A DNA stretch of 63,787 bases, the filler included, from Neolecta irregularis DAH-3 (taxonomy: Eukaryota): the NCBI GenBank assembly GCA_001929475.1. It is 13 parts of 13 records of this genome, joined end to end, with 100 filler letters (N's around TTAATTAATTAA, not from the genome) between each part and the next. Parts side by side here need not be neighbours in the genome. Positions count along the whole stretch, not along the records: positions 12,645 to 16,292 come from LXFE01001062.1; positions 16,393 to 31,508 come from LXFE01001063.1; 11 more parts are not named here. One strand, 5' to 3'. Positions 12,710 through 24,375 of this stretch are shown here, piece by piece. The notes under the pieces were generated by a model. That model did no database searches, was not told the DNA's origin, and worked only from the letters and a program-made list of their open reading frames with translations. Numbering within the stretch: position 1 is the stretch's first letter; every line of letters begins with the position of its first letter. Made by a program: the position numbers and the translations under genes.

Positions 12710-13993
12710 ATACCGATTGAACCAATTATGAGGCCCGGGATAATCTGGACTATACGGAACTCGGGCTCGTAGATATTGTTGTTTCTGCGGATGAGGCACT
12801 TTACGCTCCAGTCAGCAGACAGGCCGAGGAGAGCAAAGGCGACGATGGAGCCGACAAAGGGGGCGGTGTAGAGGTAGCCGATGTGGACCTCGTTGAGCCA
12901 GTGCGGGGGGCCGATGTAGAGGGCGGCGACCACGGCGCCGACCATGGTGATCCAGCCGACGAGGGTTCCCTGGATGAGGCAGCCCTAGACGTCAAGGGGG
13001 GGCCGCGCAGGGGGGGGCGCACCCAGATGATGGCGGGATGGGTGAGGAACAGCGGGAAGGGGCGCAGGACGAGCTTCCACAGGGCGTCTGGGGACTTGCG
13101 GCCGGCGACGAGGGCGAGCGAGCGGGCGTAGGACTGCGGCTTGCACGGGTAGACGGTGACGGTGCCCTGCTTCTCCGTGATCTGCTGGATGCCGGGCAGC
13201 AGGGCGGCGCGCGGGTAGACGTGCTCGGGGCCGTAGAAGAACACGCCGGCGCCGAACAGGCCGGCGCCGAGCGCGACGAGGCGGAACGACCAGCGCCAGC
13301 CGACGGAGCGCGTCATGCGGCCGACGACGATGGGCGTCAGGAAGGTGGTGCCGACCAGCGCGAGCGAGGCGACGGCGATGCGCAGGCCGCGCTGGTGCAC
13401 AAAGTACAGATCGCCCACGGAGGCGACCAGCAGCGCCTCGAAGGGCAGAATGCCGACGCCCTGCAGGATGCGCGCGCCCAGCAGCGAGCGGTACGTCGTC
13501 GCCTCGGCGGCCCACACCGTGCTGCCGAACAGGCACACGCAGCCGGCGACGTAGGCGTGCCGCTTGCCGTAGATGCGCGACGACGCCAGCAGCAGCGGCG
13601 CCGCGGCAGCCACGCCGACCAGCTGGTAGCCCGTCAGGCTCGCGATCGCCGCAAAGGTCGTGCGGTACTGCACCAGCAGGATAAACGTGTTCGTCGCCAG
13701 GATCGGCCCCAGCGTCGCCGCCATCACGCACCCGCCGCAGAGCAGCGCAAACATCACGTCGCGCTGCCACAGCGGCCAGTTGAGCGGGTCGCGCGGGTCC
13801 TCGGACGGCTGCGCCCTGTCAGCGCGGGTGCGCCGTGAGAAGCGCGGGGAGCGTGCGGTACCTGCGGGAAGAGCACGATGTCGCCGTCGCGCTTCAGCGC
13901 CTCGCCGCCCGTGTCCTCCGACGCGGCATCGCCAAAGAAGCGCGAGGTGCCCGGCACGGCGCGGTGCGGCACTTGCACTATTCCCAGGCCCAT
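12710..13993 (-). CDS. MFS transporter (HOL1/DHA1-like), 3' end lost at linker
   Basis: MGLG...LFPQ, intron 13809-13861, then PSEDPRDPLNWPLW; YGKR, LLGARILQG, DLYFVHQRGLR, GWRW, YEPEFR motifs; multiple hydrophobic helices; second intron about 12985-13022. Confidence 0.9.
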
Positions 13994-14095
13994 GCAGAGA
14001 GGCAGGGTTGGAGGAGCGAGTCAGAGGGGGCGAGTCAGAGTCAGAGGAGTCAGAGAAGTCGGGTTTTCAGTCGCGCTCGAACCCACCACCCGGCC

Positions 14096-14551
14096 ATGCT
14101 GCTGTCCCGCCCGCTTGTCCTGGCCCTTGCTGCGCTAACCGCCGCCCAGTCTATCGGCGATCTCCCCGCCTGCGCCCAGCTCTGCCTGGCCAACGGCATC
14201 TCCGGCAGCGGCTGCACCGCCGCAAACATCAAATGCGTCTGCGCCTCCACCGCCTTCCTCGAGGGCCTCGCCTCCTGCGTCCGCGAGCGCTGCTCGCCGG
14301 CTGATCGCGTCGTAGTCGCAAATTTCGCTACGACGCTCTGCTCAGGCGCCGGCGTCACTATCCCGGCAGACATCGTCAGCTCAGTCACTGCCGCGGCCGC
14401 CACCGCTGCCGCTACAGACGCTACTTTAGGCACCGCCAATCACACAACCACCGCGCCCCCTGCTGCTTCCACCACCAAGAATGCCGCCCCCGCCTCAAAT
14501 AACGCCTGGACTGCCTTGCTCGGAATTGCCTTTGTTGGCCTCGCCCTTTAG
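14096..14551 (+). CDS. GPI-anchored CFEM-domain protein (Asn at the haem-ligand position)
   Basis: Signal peptide MLLSRPLVLALAALTAA; 8-Cys CFEM LPACAQLC...GCTAANIKCVC...CVRERC...C; Ala/Thr linker; hydrophobic C-terminus. Confidence 0.9.
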   Translation: MLLSRPLVLALAALTAAQSIGDLPACAQLCLANGISGSGCTAANIKCVCASTAFLEGLASCVRERCSPADRVVVANFATTLCSGAGVTIPADIVSSVTAAAATAAATDATLGTANHTTTAPPAASTTKNAAPASNNAWTALLGIAFVGLAL

Positions 14552-14663
14552 ATAGATAGACCTGTAATTCATATATTCTATTCTTGGAATAGTTAAACGC
14601 CAGTCTCAGCCGTGACACCGCATTAAAGATTATCCCGAGTACCATAAATACACGCTTCTATAG

Positions 14664-14733
14664 AACCCTGCTAATTCAACCCTGCTAATTCAACCCTGCT
14701 AATTCAACCCTGCTAATTCAACCCTGCTAATTC
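14664..14733. repeat. Perfect 14-bp tandem repeat (AACCCTGCTAATTC) x5
   Basis: Five exact copies counted. Confidence 0.95.
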
Positions 14734-15374
14734 CAGGCTAGCAATACTGGAGTGCCGGTTCAGTTGTATTCCCCGATAAAGTGACGTTCAACATAATACT
14801 CAACATCGAATTAAATGCCAACACCTGTTATTCAGGTTAAATGCAAGCCTTTGAAACTGCTCTTCCAGGGGCTGATCCGTCTCTAGGCTGACGACACTAA
14901 TTTAGTCAGCGTCCTTGGATAGTACTGGCTCATCCCATCACTCTATTTATATATCGAGTCTGGGTAATCGACTGCCGTTGATCCCATCATTGTATATCTT
15001 CTCGTTCTGCAAACTGCGGACAAATCAGAGTACGAATTTCTACGATCCAAATCAGGAGAACAATGTGACCGAATTGCTACCATCCAAATCAGAAGAACAA
15101 TGTGACCGAATTTAGTTACAAACTACCCTAGACTTCTTTCTCACTCTACACAAATCGTGTTACTTGGAGTGTGTTGAAAGACAACTAGACTCTTCCAACG
15201 AGGTTCGAGAGCAATCTATTGATTGGTTCTGTCTATCACCGGCTTCAAATATCCCATTTATCCCGAGATATTTTAGACGATAAAGCTATGGCCTATTTTG
15301 ACAAAGACTCCTGGATCTCTTTTCAATAAGTGCTATAAAAGCCTGCCTTTCGCCCTTTTCTCGTCTATCCCAAG

Positions 15375-16067
15375 ATGTACGTCGTTAACTTGTCTCTCTT
15401 CTTTCTCGCGATAGCCTTTGCTCAGCAACCAGCACCCGTCTCCACCGGTACCGGCACCGGCACTGGCACCGGCACCGGCACAACCAGTTTGACCTCGACT
15501 CCGCCCTTGGCCTCTGGAACGTCCTCGAGCGGGTCGGGCTCGAACGGGTCGACCTCGACACCAGACTTGAGCACCTTTCCCCAGTGCAGTACTGGGTGCT
15601 TGCAGGATTACGTTGCCGCGGCGGGTTGCCAGTCTATGACTGATATTAATTGCTTCTGTGCTAAAGCAGACTCTTTCCTCAGCAGCCTGACCACCTGTTT
15701 TAATAAACAGCCCTCGCCGGCGTGTACACAGCAAGATAGAACGACCGTAGTCAAGATGGGCATAGCAATTTGCCCGGGCACATCGTTTCCTCAAAAGGAT
15801 ATTGACACGTTTGAAAATGGAGGCTCGTCTGATGGCACTACCAACCCAAGTAAGACAAGCACATCCGACGCCAGCACCCCAAGCGGGGCGAGCCTCGCAG
15901 CAGTGTCCCCTGGTTCAAAAAGTTCGGGTTCAAAGACTTTGACTGGATCTTCGTCTGCGTCTACGGGTTCAAGTGGAGTAAAGGGTACCACTTCAGGCGC
16001 CGGCACGACATATAGCTTGGCTGGGCTGTCCGTCTCGGCGGCTATGGGATGTGCGCTTCTGTTGTAG
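15375..16067 (+). CDS. GPI-anchored CFEM-domain protein (Asp at the haem-ligand position)
   Basis: Signal peptide; FPQCSTGC...GCQSMTDINCFC...CFNK...C...C; Ser/Thr-rich stalk; hydrophobic C-terminus. Confidence 0.9.
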   Translation: MYVVNLSLFFLAIAFAQQPAPVSTGTGTGTGTGTGTTSLTSTPPLASGTSSSGSGSNGSTSTPDLSTFPQCSTGCLQDYVAAAGCQSMTDINCFCAKADSFLSSLTTCFNKQPSPACTQQDRTTVVKMGIAICPGTSFPQKDIDTFENGGSSDGTTNPSKTSTSDASTPSGASLAAVSPGSKSSGSKTLTGSSSASTGSSGVKGTTSGAGTTYSLAGLSVSAAMGCALLL

Positions 16068-16402
16068 ACAAGGCCTTGCTTGCCCTGCTTCTGTTTTTCT
16101 TCTTTATTTCGCTGTATTCGCGGATACCCTTTGTTATCTGTGATGTTTAATGAAAAGACGGTATATTTATAATTTCGTTTTCTGTCCGGTATTGAATACT
16201 TGCATTGCCGTATTTCTCCACGAATCCCGTTAACAGTTATAACCCGATTTGTGTTTCACATCCGTTAACAGTTATAACCCGATTTGTGTTTCNNNNNNNN
16301 NNNNNNNNNNNNNNNNNNNNNNNNNNNNNNNNNNNNTTAATTAATTAANNNNNNNNNNNNNNNNNNNNNNNNNNNNNNNNNNNNNNNNNNNNGAAGAAAT
16401 TG

Positions 16403-17826
16403 CTAAGAGCGTCCGAGTTTAAGCAAGCTTTTCGTCGATGATTTTTTCCCCAAATCATCAGCTTTTCCGCGATCCTCCTCATCGGAATCCATATACTTTT
16501 CCTTCCAGATCCATGAATTGCCGACGGCATTGTATCCTAGTTTTTGCGCGGTTCGGTACCACTTCGCTGCCCTTTTGAGATTCCTTTTCGTTCCAAATCC
16601 ATTGGTGTAGCACCAAGCTAACAGTTAATTGACAATCCAAGAAGCAACGAAGGGGTACCAGCTTCAGTACACCCATCTACATCATTAAGCCGTCCTGCAA
16701 TCTCAAAGCAACGAAGCGCGAATTTTGGATCTTTCTGAACACCCCAACCTTCTCTATGGCTCACTCCCAATTCAAAAATCGCCAATGCTAGACTTGCCTT
16801 TCCATTGAACCCTTCCAAAACCCAACCTTCAAGCTGACTGTCTCGTTGATTACTCATGATTGTATCTAGATCGACTTGTTCAGTTGCCTTCCTTAGCCAT
16901 ATGACCGCTTCTGTAGGATTCGCTGCGATCCCCCAGCCGTGGCGAAGACTTAGCCCATAGAGAAGCATACCGGTAGGATGACCTGATTGTGCTGCTAATC
17001 GCAGGTGATGTGTCGACTGAGCCAGTTGGCCAGCCTCATGATGAGTGATTGCTTTTGTAACGTGTTGGCTTGCAGTCATATCGCCGCGAGTAGGAGAGAC
17101 CAAGGAGATTTTGGGCAGTGGTTGAGATGTTTCTGATTGAGTAAGAATCGAAGCTATGGCAGGCTGATGGCGGCGGCCAGTGCTTGGTGATTCGCATCTT
17201 GCTACTGTACCATCTGGCCAGCTGAAGGGAGTGAATCGGCCATTGATGTCAACATCAATCTGAGGGGTGAGTTCGTGGACGCTAGGCCGAACGACGGTGT
17301 CTTGTGGTTTGTCTGTAACCTTTATTATACGTGGAATTGATAGAGGGGGCGAAGAAGAGTTTTGAGAGGATGTTGGTCTGGAGTAGTTGAAACTGGGTCG
17401 ACGTTCTGAGATGATACTACGCCCTCTAGAGGTAGACCGCGGAGGGGGAGGGCCATATGATACGGTCTTTGATCTCCGATAAGGTTCATTTGTTGAGGTC
17501 GAATTGCAGACTTTTTGACTCACACTTCTTTCAACGCCTCGTTGGGGTCCAGAATGTAGTATCTGCGTGTCGGCTCTTTCTACAGGCGATGATTTCTCTA
17601 AATGCAGGGATTCAAATTCCTCACTCAATTCCTCTTCTGGATTCTCAAGCGGCGATAACTTGTCTGAATAGTAAAACGGAGAGCTAGATTCTATGGATAA
17701 GCGATCGGCAGATGGATCCCTTCGGTTTTTCAATAAGAGCTTTGAATGCGCAGCAATCGCATCTAGGGGCGACAAGTCGCTATAGTCCTGGATAACTGTA
17801 TGGAAGTCGAATTGGCCGGTCGACAT
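16403..17826 (-). CDS. SEL1-repeat protein, Nif1/Dsf2-like
   Basis: GMLLYGLSLRHGWG, ELGVSHREGWGVQKD. After intron 16618-16658 it continues AWCYTNGFGTK...KAAKWYR...GNSWIWKEKY, with stop at 16403. Confidence 0.85.
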
Positions 17827-18060
17827 TAGATGGAAGATAAATCAGTTAACCAGAATAACTTTTGGAGGTGGTTTGGATAGAGGATGACCAGGGGAGAAAT
17901 CCCAGATTGACCACTACATCATGTGATCGTTCACCAAAGATAAATAAGATAGCGAATAGCAGCACAACACTTACAATGCCAGGCTGTTTCTCCAAATTCC
18001 AAGATACAAATTCAAGATTTACATGATCTTGTCCCCGGTCAACACATATCTTGTTGAGAG

Positions 18061-20037
18061 TCACATATACCCACTCATCCACTCCCAACCAACTGTCTCC
18101 AACCCGTCAGCACCCATAATGCGACCAAAAAAATCAGCACCAAACAACCTTTCGCTTCGTAGCGCACAAATCGTATCCAACAAAACCCCTCCGTTCGGGA
18201 TCCATGCTAGTTCTGGTGCTCGTCGTAATGCAATCTCAGTGCACTCCACTAGGTCCCAGGCAACCTCGTCCATAGATTTGGAGGCAACGAGATCGGTAGC
18301 GAGCAGGACAGTTGCTAGTAATGGCGCAGAGAACATCCACATTTCTCCGAACCACCGATATTGCATATCATCTGTCGAAGGGAGCGAGTCCATTCTGCAG
18401 AAAATTCGCATATTCCGTTTGGCCGCTTCCAAAGCAATGCGATGGGACTGTGGCAACTTTTCGTTGTGAAGGTATGATACATGATGACACAGCAATGCTC
18501 TTGACATTAGCGATTCCAGCAGTATCTGTCTCCACTGGATCTCCGAAGATCCTGTGGCGTGATCCGGGCGAAAACCCTTTGGAATCTTTTTTTCTAGAGA
18601 TGCCAGCTCATCATGGACCTTTCGTACTTCTTTCGTTGATTGGTAGCGTGCATGGTACGCGCGATTCAATGGACTAAACATGATGGTAATTTGCACAAAT
18701 ATAACAAACCACTCCACAGCATTTTCATAGCCTGGCGAGTCACCGTCAATGGCGATATTATATCTCGGGAGTTGACAATCTGTTTCTTCCCTGTCTATAT
18801 GTGCCGGTATGCCCTGACTGTAAGACATTGCTCTAGAATTTAAGTTCCCTCCAAAACCAATCTTTGGATCTGCACATACATGTCGTAAATTTGTATTAAC
18901 CACCACAACCTCCTTCTCTTTTCGCCCTCTATCATCGAAAGTCCTAGATGGTTTGGATCACGGTGAAATCTGCCATGAGGTCAAACACTTCATCTGAGAA
19001 AGAGCTGCGAACCCCATACTCTGAGCCATATACACTAGTAAGCTGATACTTGTCCATCCTTTGGCTAGAATATGAGCTAAAATAGCGCTAAGACCCATTA
19101 CAAGCCGACCCAATGTCGGTACTACCAATATCAAGAAGTAAGGCTTGAATGAGGTCGACATCGTAAAGTTCTCTGTATCGACTTGTGCGGAACGCTGCTT
19201 GAATTCCTTGGTGCAGAAATTGACGATAGTTTTCTCGCTTCATGCCAACTATCTGCTCAATTGTGACAAGTTCGGGATCGTTGGAATTATGATAAGTCCT
19301 CAAAGAAAGCGAAATCATAGCCAGAGCAACTACAAATGTGAATGGTCGAGGCGTCGTTTGCAGAAACATATCCATCGATAAACTACTAGACCACATGACA
19401 TTACAATCTCTAATGAACCCTGGTGGGTCAAGAAGAACCAGCGCGCATGGATGTGCCGCAAGAAAGCGAGCAAAAAGAGTGTAGATAACAGGTCTCTGCG
19501 GGAGACACATAGTTGCGATTCGAGACAACTCGTAACGTTGTTGCTTGTTAAAACACTCCTGCGAGCCGGTTCTTAGGTGTAGATATTGTAGGTTCGTACT
19601 CAACTCGTTCTATTCTTTCAGTCAAAAGCAAAATCCGGTATATACTTGAGATAGACCATTAAGGTGGTTGTGATACCGTTCCAATCCATGAAACCTTTCA
19701 AAGCTCCCAGCTGTGCAACTTCCCATTGTTTCTCTAACCATGCTCTCTGGGTTTAAAGCGCTCAGATGATGACGATATCTCTTTGATAATCGTCTTAGTT
19801 CGGCGAGCTCTCTTTCAGCGTTTTGGAGTTTGGAATACAAACTTGCATCCCCTTTAATAATAGAGTTCCTAGGGGATTTAAAGAAGCCCCTAATATGTCT
19901 GAGTTATACGGATTATCGTACGAACAACTCCGTGCCGTTTTGTCACAGTTGTTGCAAGGCAATCGACGGTCGCACTTCACTTTCCTAATTTTACAATGCT
20001 TGCAGCTGAGAGTCGCTCGGTTACGCATTGTGGTCAT
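18061..20037 (-). CDS. Zn(II)2Cys6 transcription factor, paralogue 1 (multi-exon)
   Basis: SCKHCKIRKVKCDRRLPCNNCDKTARSCSY followed by a coiled coil and a fungal TF middle-homology region over ORFs 19622, 19088 and 18061. Confidence 0.88.
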
Positions 20038-20289
20038 AGCAGTACAATTCTGTGGGTTGCTGAAATTATCCTACTTGCAAAGGTAGAGAAAGTATTCTGA
20101 ACAAGGGAATAAGATGGTGTGCCTTGCAAGTCCACAACAAGCAGAAGTATATATTGGGCAATAGGGGATACGAAAGCAGGGATTTCTGTAGAATCTTCCA
20201 GGGCTGTGTCTTTGGTCAATATTTTCGCCTAATTCCAGGAGCGAAATATTCTGAAGCTTCCAAACATGCTCACACAGAGTTGCTAAAAA

Positions 20290-20390
20290 GTAAGTAAGTC
20301 CAAGTTTGGGTTTGGGACTTGCTTGCTTGGACTTACTTGGTATCTTACTTGCATACTTGGACTTGCTTGGATGGACTTGCTTGATAGATT
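20290..20390. repeat. Degenerate (GGACTTGCTT)-type simple repeat, followed by a (TAG)n-like tract at about 20695-20750
   Basis: Read directly. Confidence 0.6.
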
Positions 20391-20802
20391 TTTAGTGTTA
20401 CTTGCTCCAGCTACACACCTGCCCCTGCCCCTCCAGCATATCCCGTCACTCCCGCTGCTACCACCGCCCCAACCTGCTGCCCAGCTCGGTAGATCGGCTC
20501 CTACGCCTACAATCGGCAGTACCTCTCCCAATCGCGATTCCTCACTTGCAGCTAGTCTTCATCATCTTGTCCGGACTCACAGAGAGCTACTGGCTGTGAG
20601 GGAGGCCAGGGCGGAGGTGGCTGCAGGGGCGTAGGCGGGCAGGATGTTTGAGCACAGCTAGGAGACAAAGTAGAAGTTGAAAGAAGACAGCATTAGTCGT
20701 AGCAATAGTTGTAGTCACAATCATAGTCATAGTAATAGTAGTAGTATCAGCAGCAGGACCTGCACCCACACTAATACAAATATTCACCACACTGGCATCT
20801 AC

Positions 20803-20951
20803 TGTAAGACAAGACCCAGGTACGAATAAGACCAAGGTTTATTCCTAACCTCAGTACGTAGACATCTATATACATGAGAGCATACCTAACCTCAGTACCT
20901 AGACACAGTTAGGTATGCATAGTGTGACAGGATTATATACTAATGATAACA
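20803..20951 (-). mobile_element. Solo LTR (about 149 bp)
   Basis: Minus strand reads TGTTATCA...CTTACA, with the same internal blocks as the LTR at 62420. Flanks TCTAC / TCTCC form a 4-of-5 target-site duplication. Confidence 0.7.
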
Positions 20952-21662
20952 TCTCCAAGTGAGATATGCCTTCATGATTCCTATCATAAGAACAAGGTTT
21001 AAACCAGCAGGTAGAAAATCCTCTAGAACTTCCGTCTTCGAATTATATTAAACCGCTAGCCCCACCCTCCCCCTCAGAAGCGGAAGTGGTTACAAATTTT
21101 GGTGTTGTACAACAAAACACGGTAGGCTGGAATATCACAAGAAAAATATCACAAATTTTCAATTTCCACAAAAGATAAAATATTCCCTGTTTTAGAATAT
21201 CATGGTGACTACAAAACGCAGCCTTAAGAAACTCACAATGGAAGCCTTCAGATCCTATGGCTGCAAGCTGCATTGCAAGACTGCCAAAAATCATTAGACT
21301 GACCATTCCGGAATTCTGGGGTTGGATCCAAACTTATCGAGGACCATTACAGGAAGCTGTACAATTGACGAGAGAAGAGGGGAGTGAGAAGGGAGATCCG
21401 ATTGATGAGAATTGAGTTGGTGTTTCTGGGATGAAGATACATATATCGGTACAGAATTTTCGCTTAACTCCGAACTGAGACATGAGAAGACTTCATCAAA
21501 TTTACCATGCTACTTTAAATCGAGAAGATAATTTATACACAGAATCAACCATCTTATCCACAACCTCAATTCCCAACTTTCCATGATACAAAGCAATCTC
21601 CATAAGGGTTTAAAGACACAAATCAAACAGAGAAGAACGTAAGAAATGAATGAAAGCGGAAT

Positions 21663-23772
21663 TTATTTCCCTTTAAGAATATATCTAAAAGCCCATTTCC
21701 ATCCACAGGCATCAAACCCTGGAAATGGGTCGAGTCCTGCGAGCATGCCCTGCGTGATGTGTTTCTCTTCAAGGAGATTATGAATGATGACGTCGACCGC
21801 ATTGGATTGGTCCGTCTTAATGCAAATGTCGCAGTGTCGTAACGAGGTATAGGTATCAGATACCAGTTGCCAGCCGACTTGATCCGCAGACTTGTTCGCC
21901 GCCATTTCCAAAGCAAAGAGCAGAGTTGCAACGAGGACAGATGTATATATCAATTTGTTAGCAAACCACGAGAAAGGCGCCAGCTCTTGTGGCTTCTTTC
22001 GAAAAATATTAAACAGTTGCATTTGCTTCTTTGCTGCTTCAATGGCTTTCTTGTGAAATTCATTGTATTTCTGCGACGAACTTCTTACGAACGGTAGGTG
22101 AACCGCAAGTAAGAGCCGATTGATGGTAGCCTCGATGATGATTTTCTTCCATGAAAGCTCCATGTTTCTGGTAGGACTGTTGATTTCGAGCCAACTAGGG
22201 GTACTTTTTACATTTGCACGGATTATTTTGTCTAATTGAATGGCTTTGGTGTAGGAGGGAGAAGCTTGATAAATGAATTTGTAGATAGTACTAAAGTAAG
22301 CTGATAGACGATAATAATATTGCGCCCATTGAAGTCCAAAAGAATCGCCTGACGGTTCGGGTGATAACAGCACAAATGGTACAGATGTCTTTTCCAGCTC
22401 GCAAAGATCCATTTGGGTAGGGATCGATTTTTCCCAGGCGTGCAGGCTGAATAGTCAGGCCTCAAGCCCAGTGCGAGTTGAGTGGAATACCTTTCGTTAC
22501 CTTGTACAGCATCCCACAGTCTCTGTCGGCGGACATTATCAGTTTCTGAATATCCAGGATTCAGTGAATGCAGAGATAAGCCGCGTGCCATCGATCCCAG
22601 GATACCAGTATTTACCCAACAAAGTTCTGAGAGTAAGCAGAAGCGTAGGCAACAAGACGTACTATCGGTTATGATATCACCGTTGTACTGGTTCAAGACA
22701 AGTATAGTTATGACATCTAAGTCATACGTCTCAAGATAGTCATAAGTTAAAAGAATACGCGTAACAGCTTTTAAAAGTAATTCTCGATATTCCCGAGGTC
22801 TGTGTCCGTGAGTCTTCTTGATGAACATCCATTCGGGGTCATCATCGCGGGCGTAGGATCTAACAGCGACGGCGAAGAGAGCCAGCAATACAGCGGGCCA
22901 GAAAGGACGATGGGCCAAATCTTCCTTCTTGCGGTCCTCTAAGGAATCTATAGTTGATAAAGATTTCCAAAAAGCCTCGTATTCTCGTTGAAAAACGTCA
23001 AAGGGGATGAGGAAATGAGCTGCAGGATGGACCTTGATAAACCGACCCATTAACAGATCAGCTGCGCGCCTGTCGGAAACGAGTTGTTTTGTAATAATCA
23101 GAACAAGTCGTCGAAGCTTGGATGGGTCCGCCTCTTGAATGTCTGAAGCTAAGTAAAAGTGAGGAACTGGAACCCCATTCGTCGATTCCGGAGTTTCCTG
23201 TCTTAGTCAGATAGAGATCTTAGGAGAGATGTCTACCATGAGAGAGCCCGAAAGACCATTATTGTCATCAGGACACTTGCCTATACCACCAAGGGTCAAA
23301 GCTGCTTCAAGGGCAGCTTGGTCAACTATGGAAGCGGATCTTGCGCTCACCCGCGCAAGCTCTTCTTGGGTTCTTTGCAATTCTTCCATCAAGTCGGCAT
23401 GATCCTGCACAATTGTCGATCTAGAAGACTCAGACCAGAACAGAGAAGATCCGGAGCGTACGGATCCTCGTATTTGCACTTGGAATCCTCCCGTCTCTTT
23501 TTGCAGCAACCACAAGGGAACTTGCGATCGCATTTGGCTTTCCGTAGACGGCATGGAATACAACTTTGAGGAATTCTTTTTCTCTTGGAGGTACCTCCGT
23601 TCACGCTGGTTTGGTCTTGATCATCTCCATCGCTGTGAGACCGCTTTTGACGAGGAGCGGTGGAGTTGCAGTTATCCTGACGAGGAAATGTCGACGGCGG
23701 TTGGAAATGATAGTGGGAATACTGCGGTGAGCAGGTATTAACGAGATCAAGTTCCGGTGGATAGTAGGACAT
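21663..23772 (-). CDS. Zn(II)2Cys6 transcription factor, paralogue 2 (multi-exon)
   Basis: SCIPCRLRKAKCDRKFPCGCCKKRREDSKCKY; downstream exons share HP, RPF, YDLDV and W.LV motifs with paralogues 1 and 3. Confidence 0.88.
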
Positions 23773-24375
23773 ATTTACAGCATGCCTGCACCTCAGAAAT
23801 AAATCTAAGGGCGTAGGCAAGCTGCCGGAGATGGTAACGGTGTAGAGAAGGGAATCGAGTACGCAGCCCAGAGTCCGGAGAACCGCCTTCCGATGATGGT
23901 CAAATATAATATATAGATATATTTTCCTTTACCTGAATTCTCTAGTTAGAGTAGAGTAGATGTAAACCTAGGTATATCCTTGGTTCTGATTTACCCGCTC
24001 TGTGATTGTTATAAGGTAGAACAGGCCAAATGACACGACCACTGCTAGACGTGCGGTCACTATAGATATACGCCTGTTGTAAACCTGCTTTGTGTTGGAA
24101 GTTACTTTGCATCTTGCTGGTAATAAGTCAGAGTAGTCTTTGGCCCAGGACTTTGTAGCGCTATAGTAGCACTTTGTTGATTTTGGGCAAAAAGCCGATA
24201 TCGCTCATTAGCGGATTAGTTTTATCCCTTTACCAAGCTCTAGCATTGTTCGTCATATCGCCCCTCATCTATGACCCTCTTGCAACAAGCATATCAACTC
24301 ACTTACATATCATGACGAATGATGAGCATTAGGAATATTTAAGATATGCGGAACTACCTTATGAATTATATGCTT

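Noticed and set aside
5668-16067. Single physical haem cluster (peroxidase + MFS + CFEMs)
   Set aside because: Two linkers and about 4.5 kb of gene-poor DNA separate the peroxidase from the MFS/CFEM contig; linkage cannot be asserted.
16227-16292. About 35-bp direct repeat at the contig end (and GCATACACG repeats at 31609)
   Set aside because: Directly abuts a linker; probably a truncated minisatellite or assembly edge effect.
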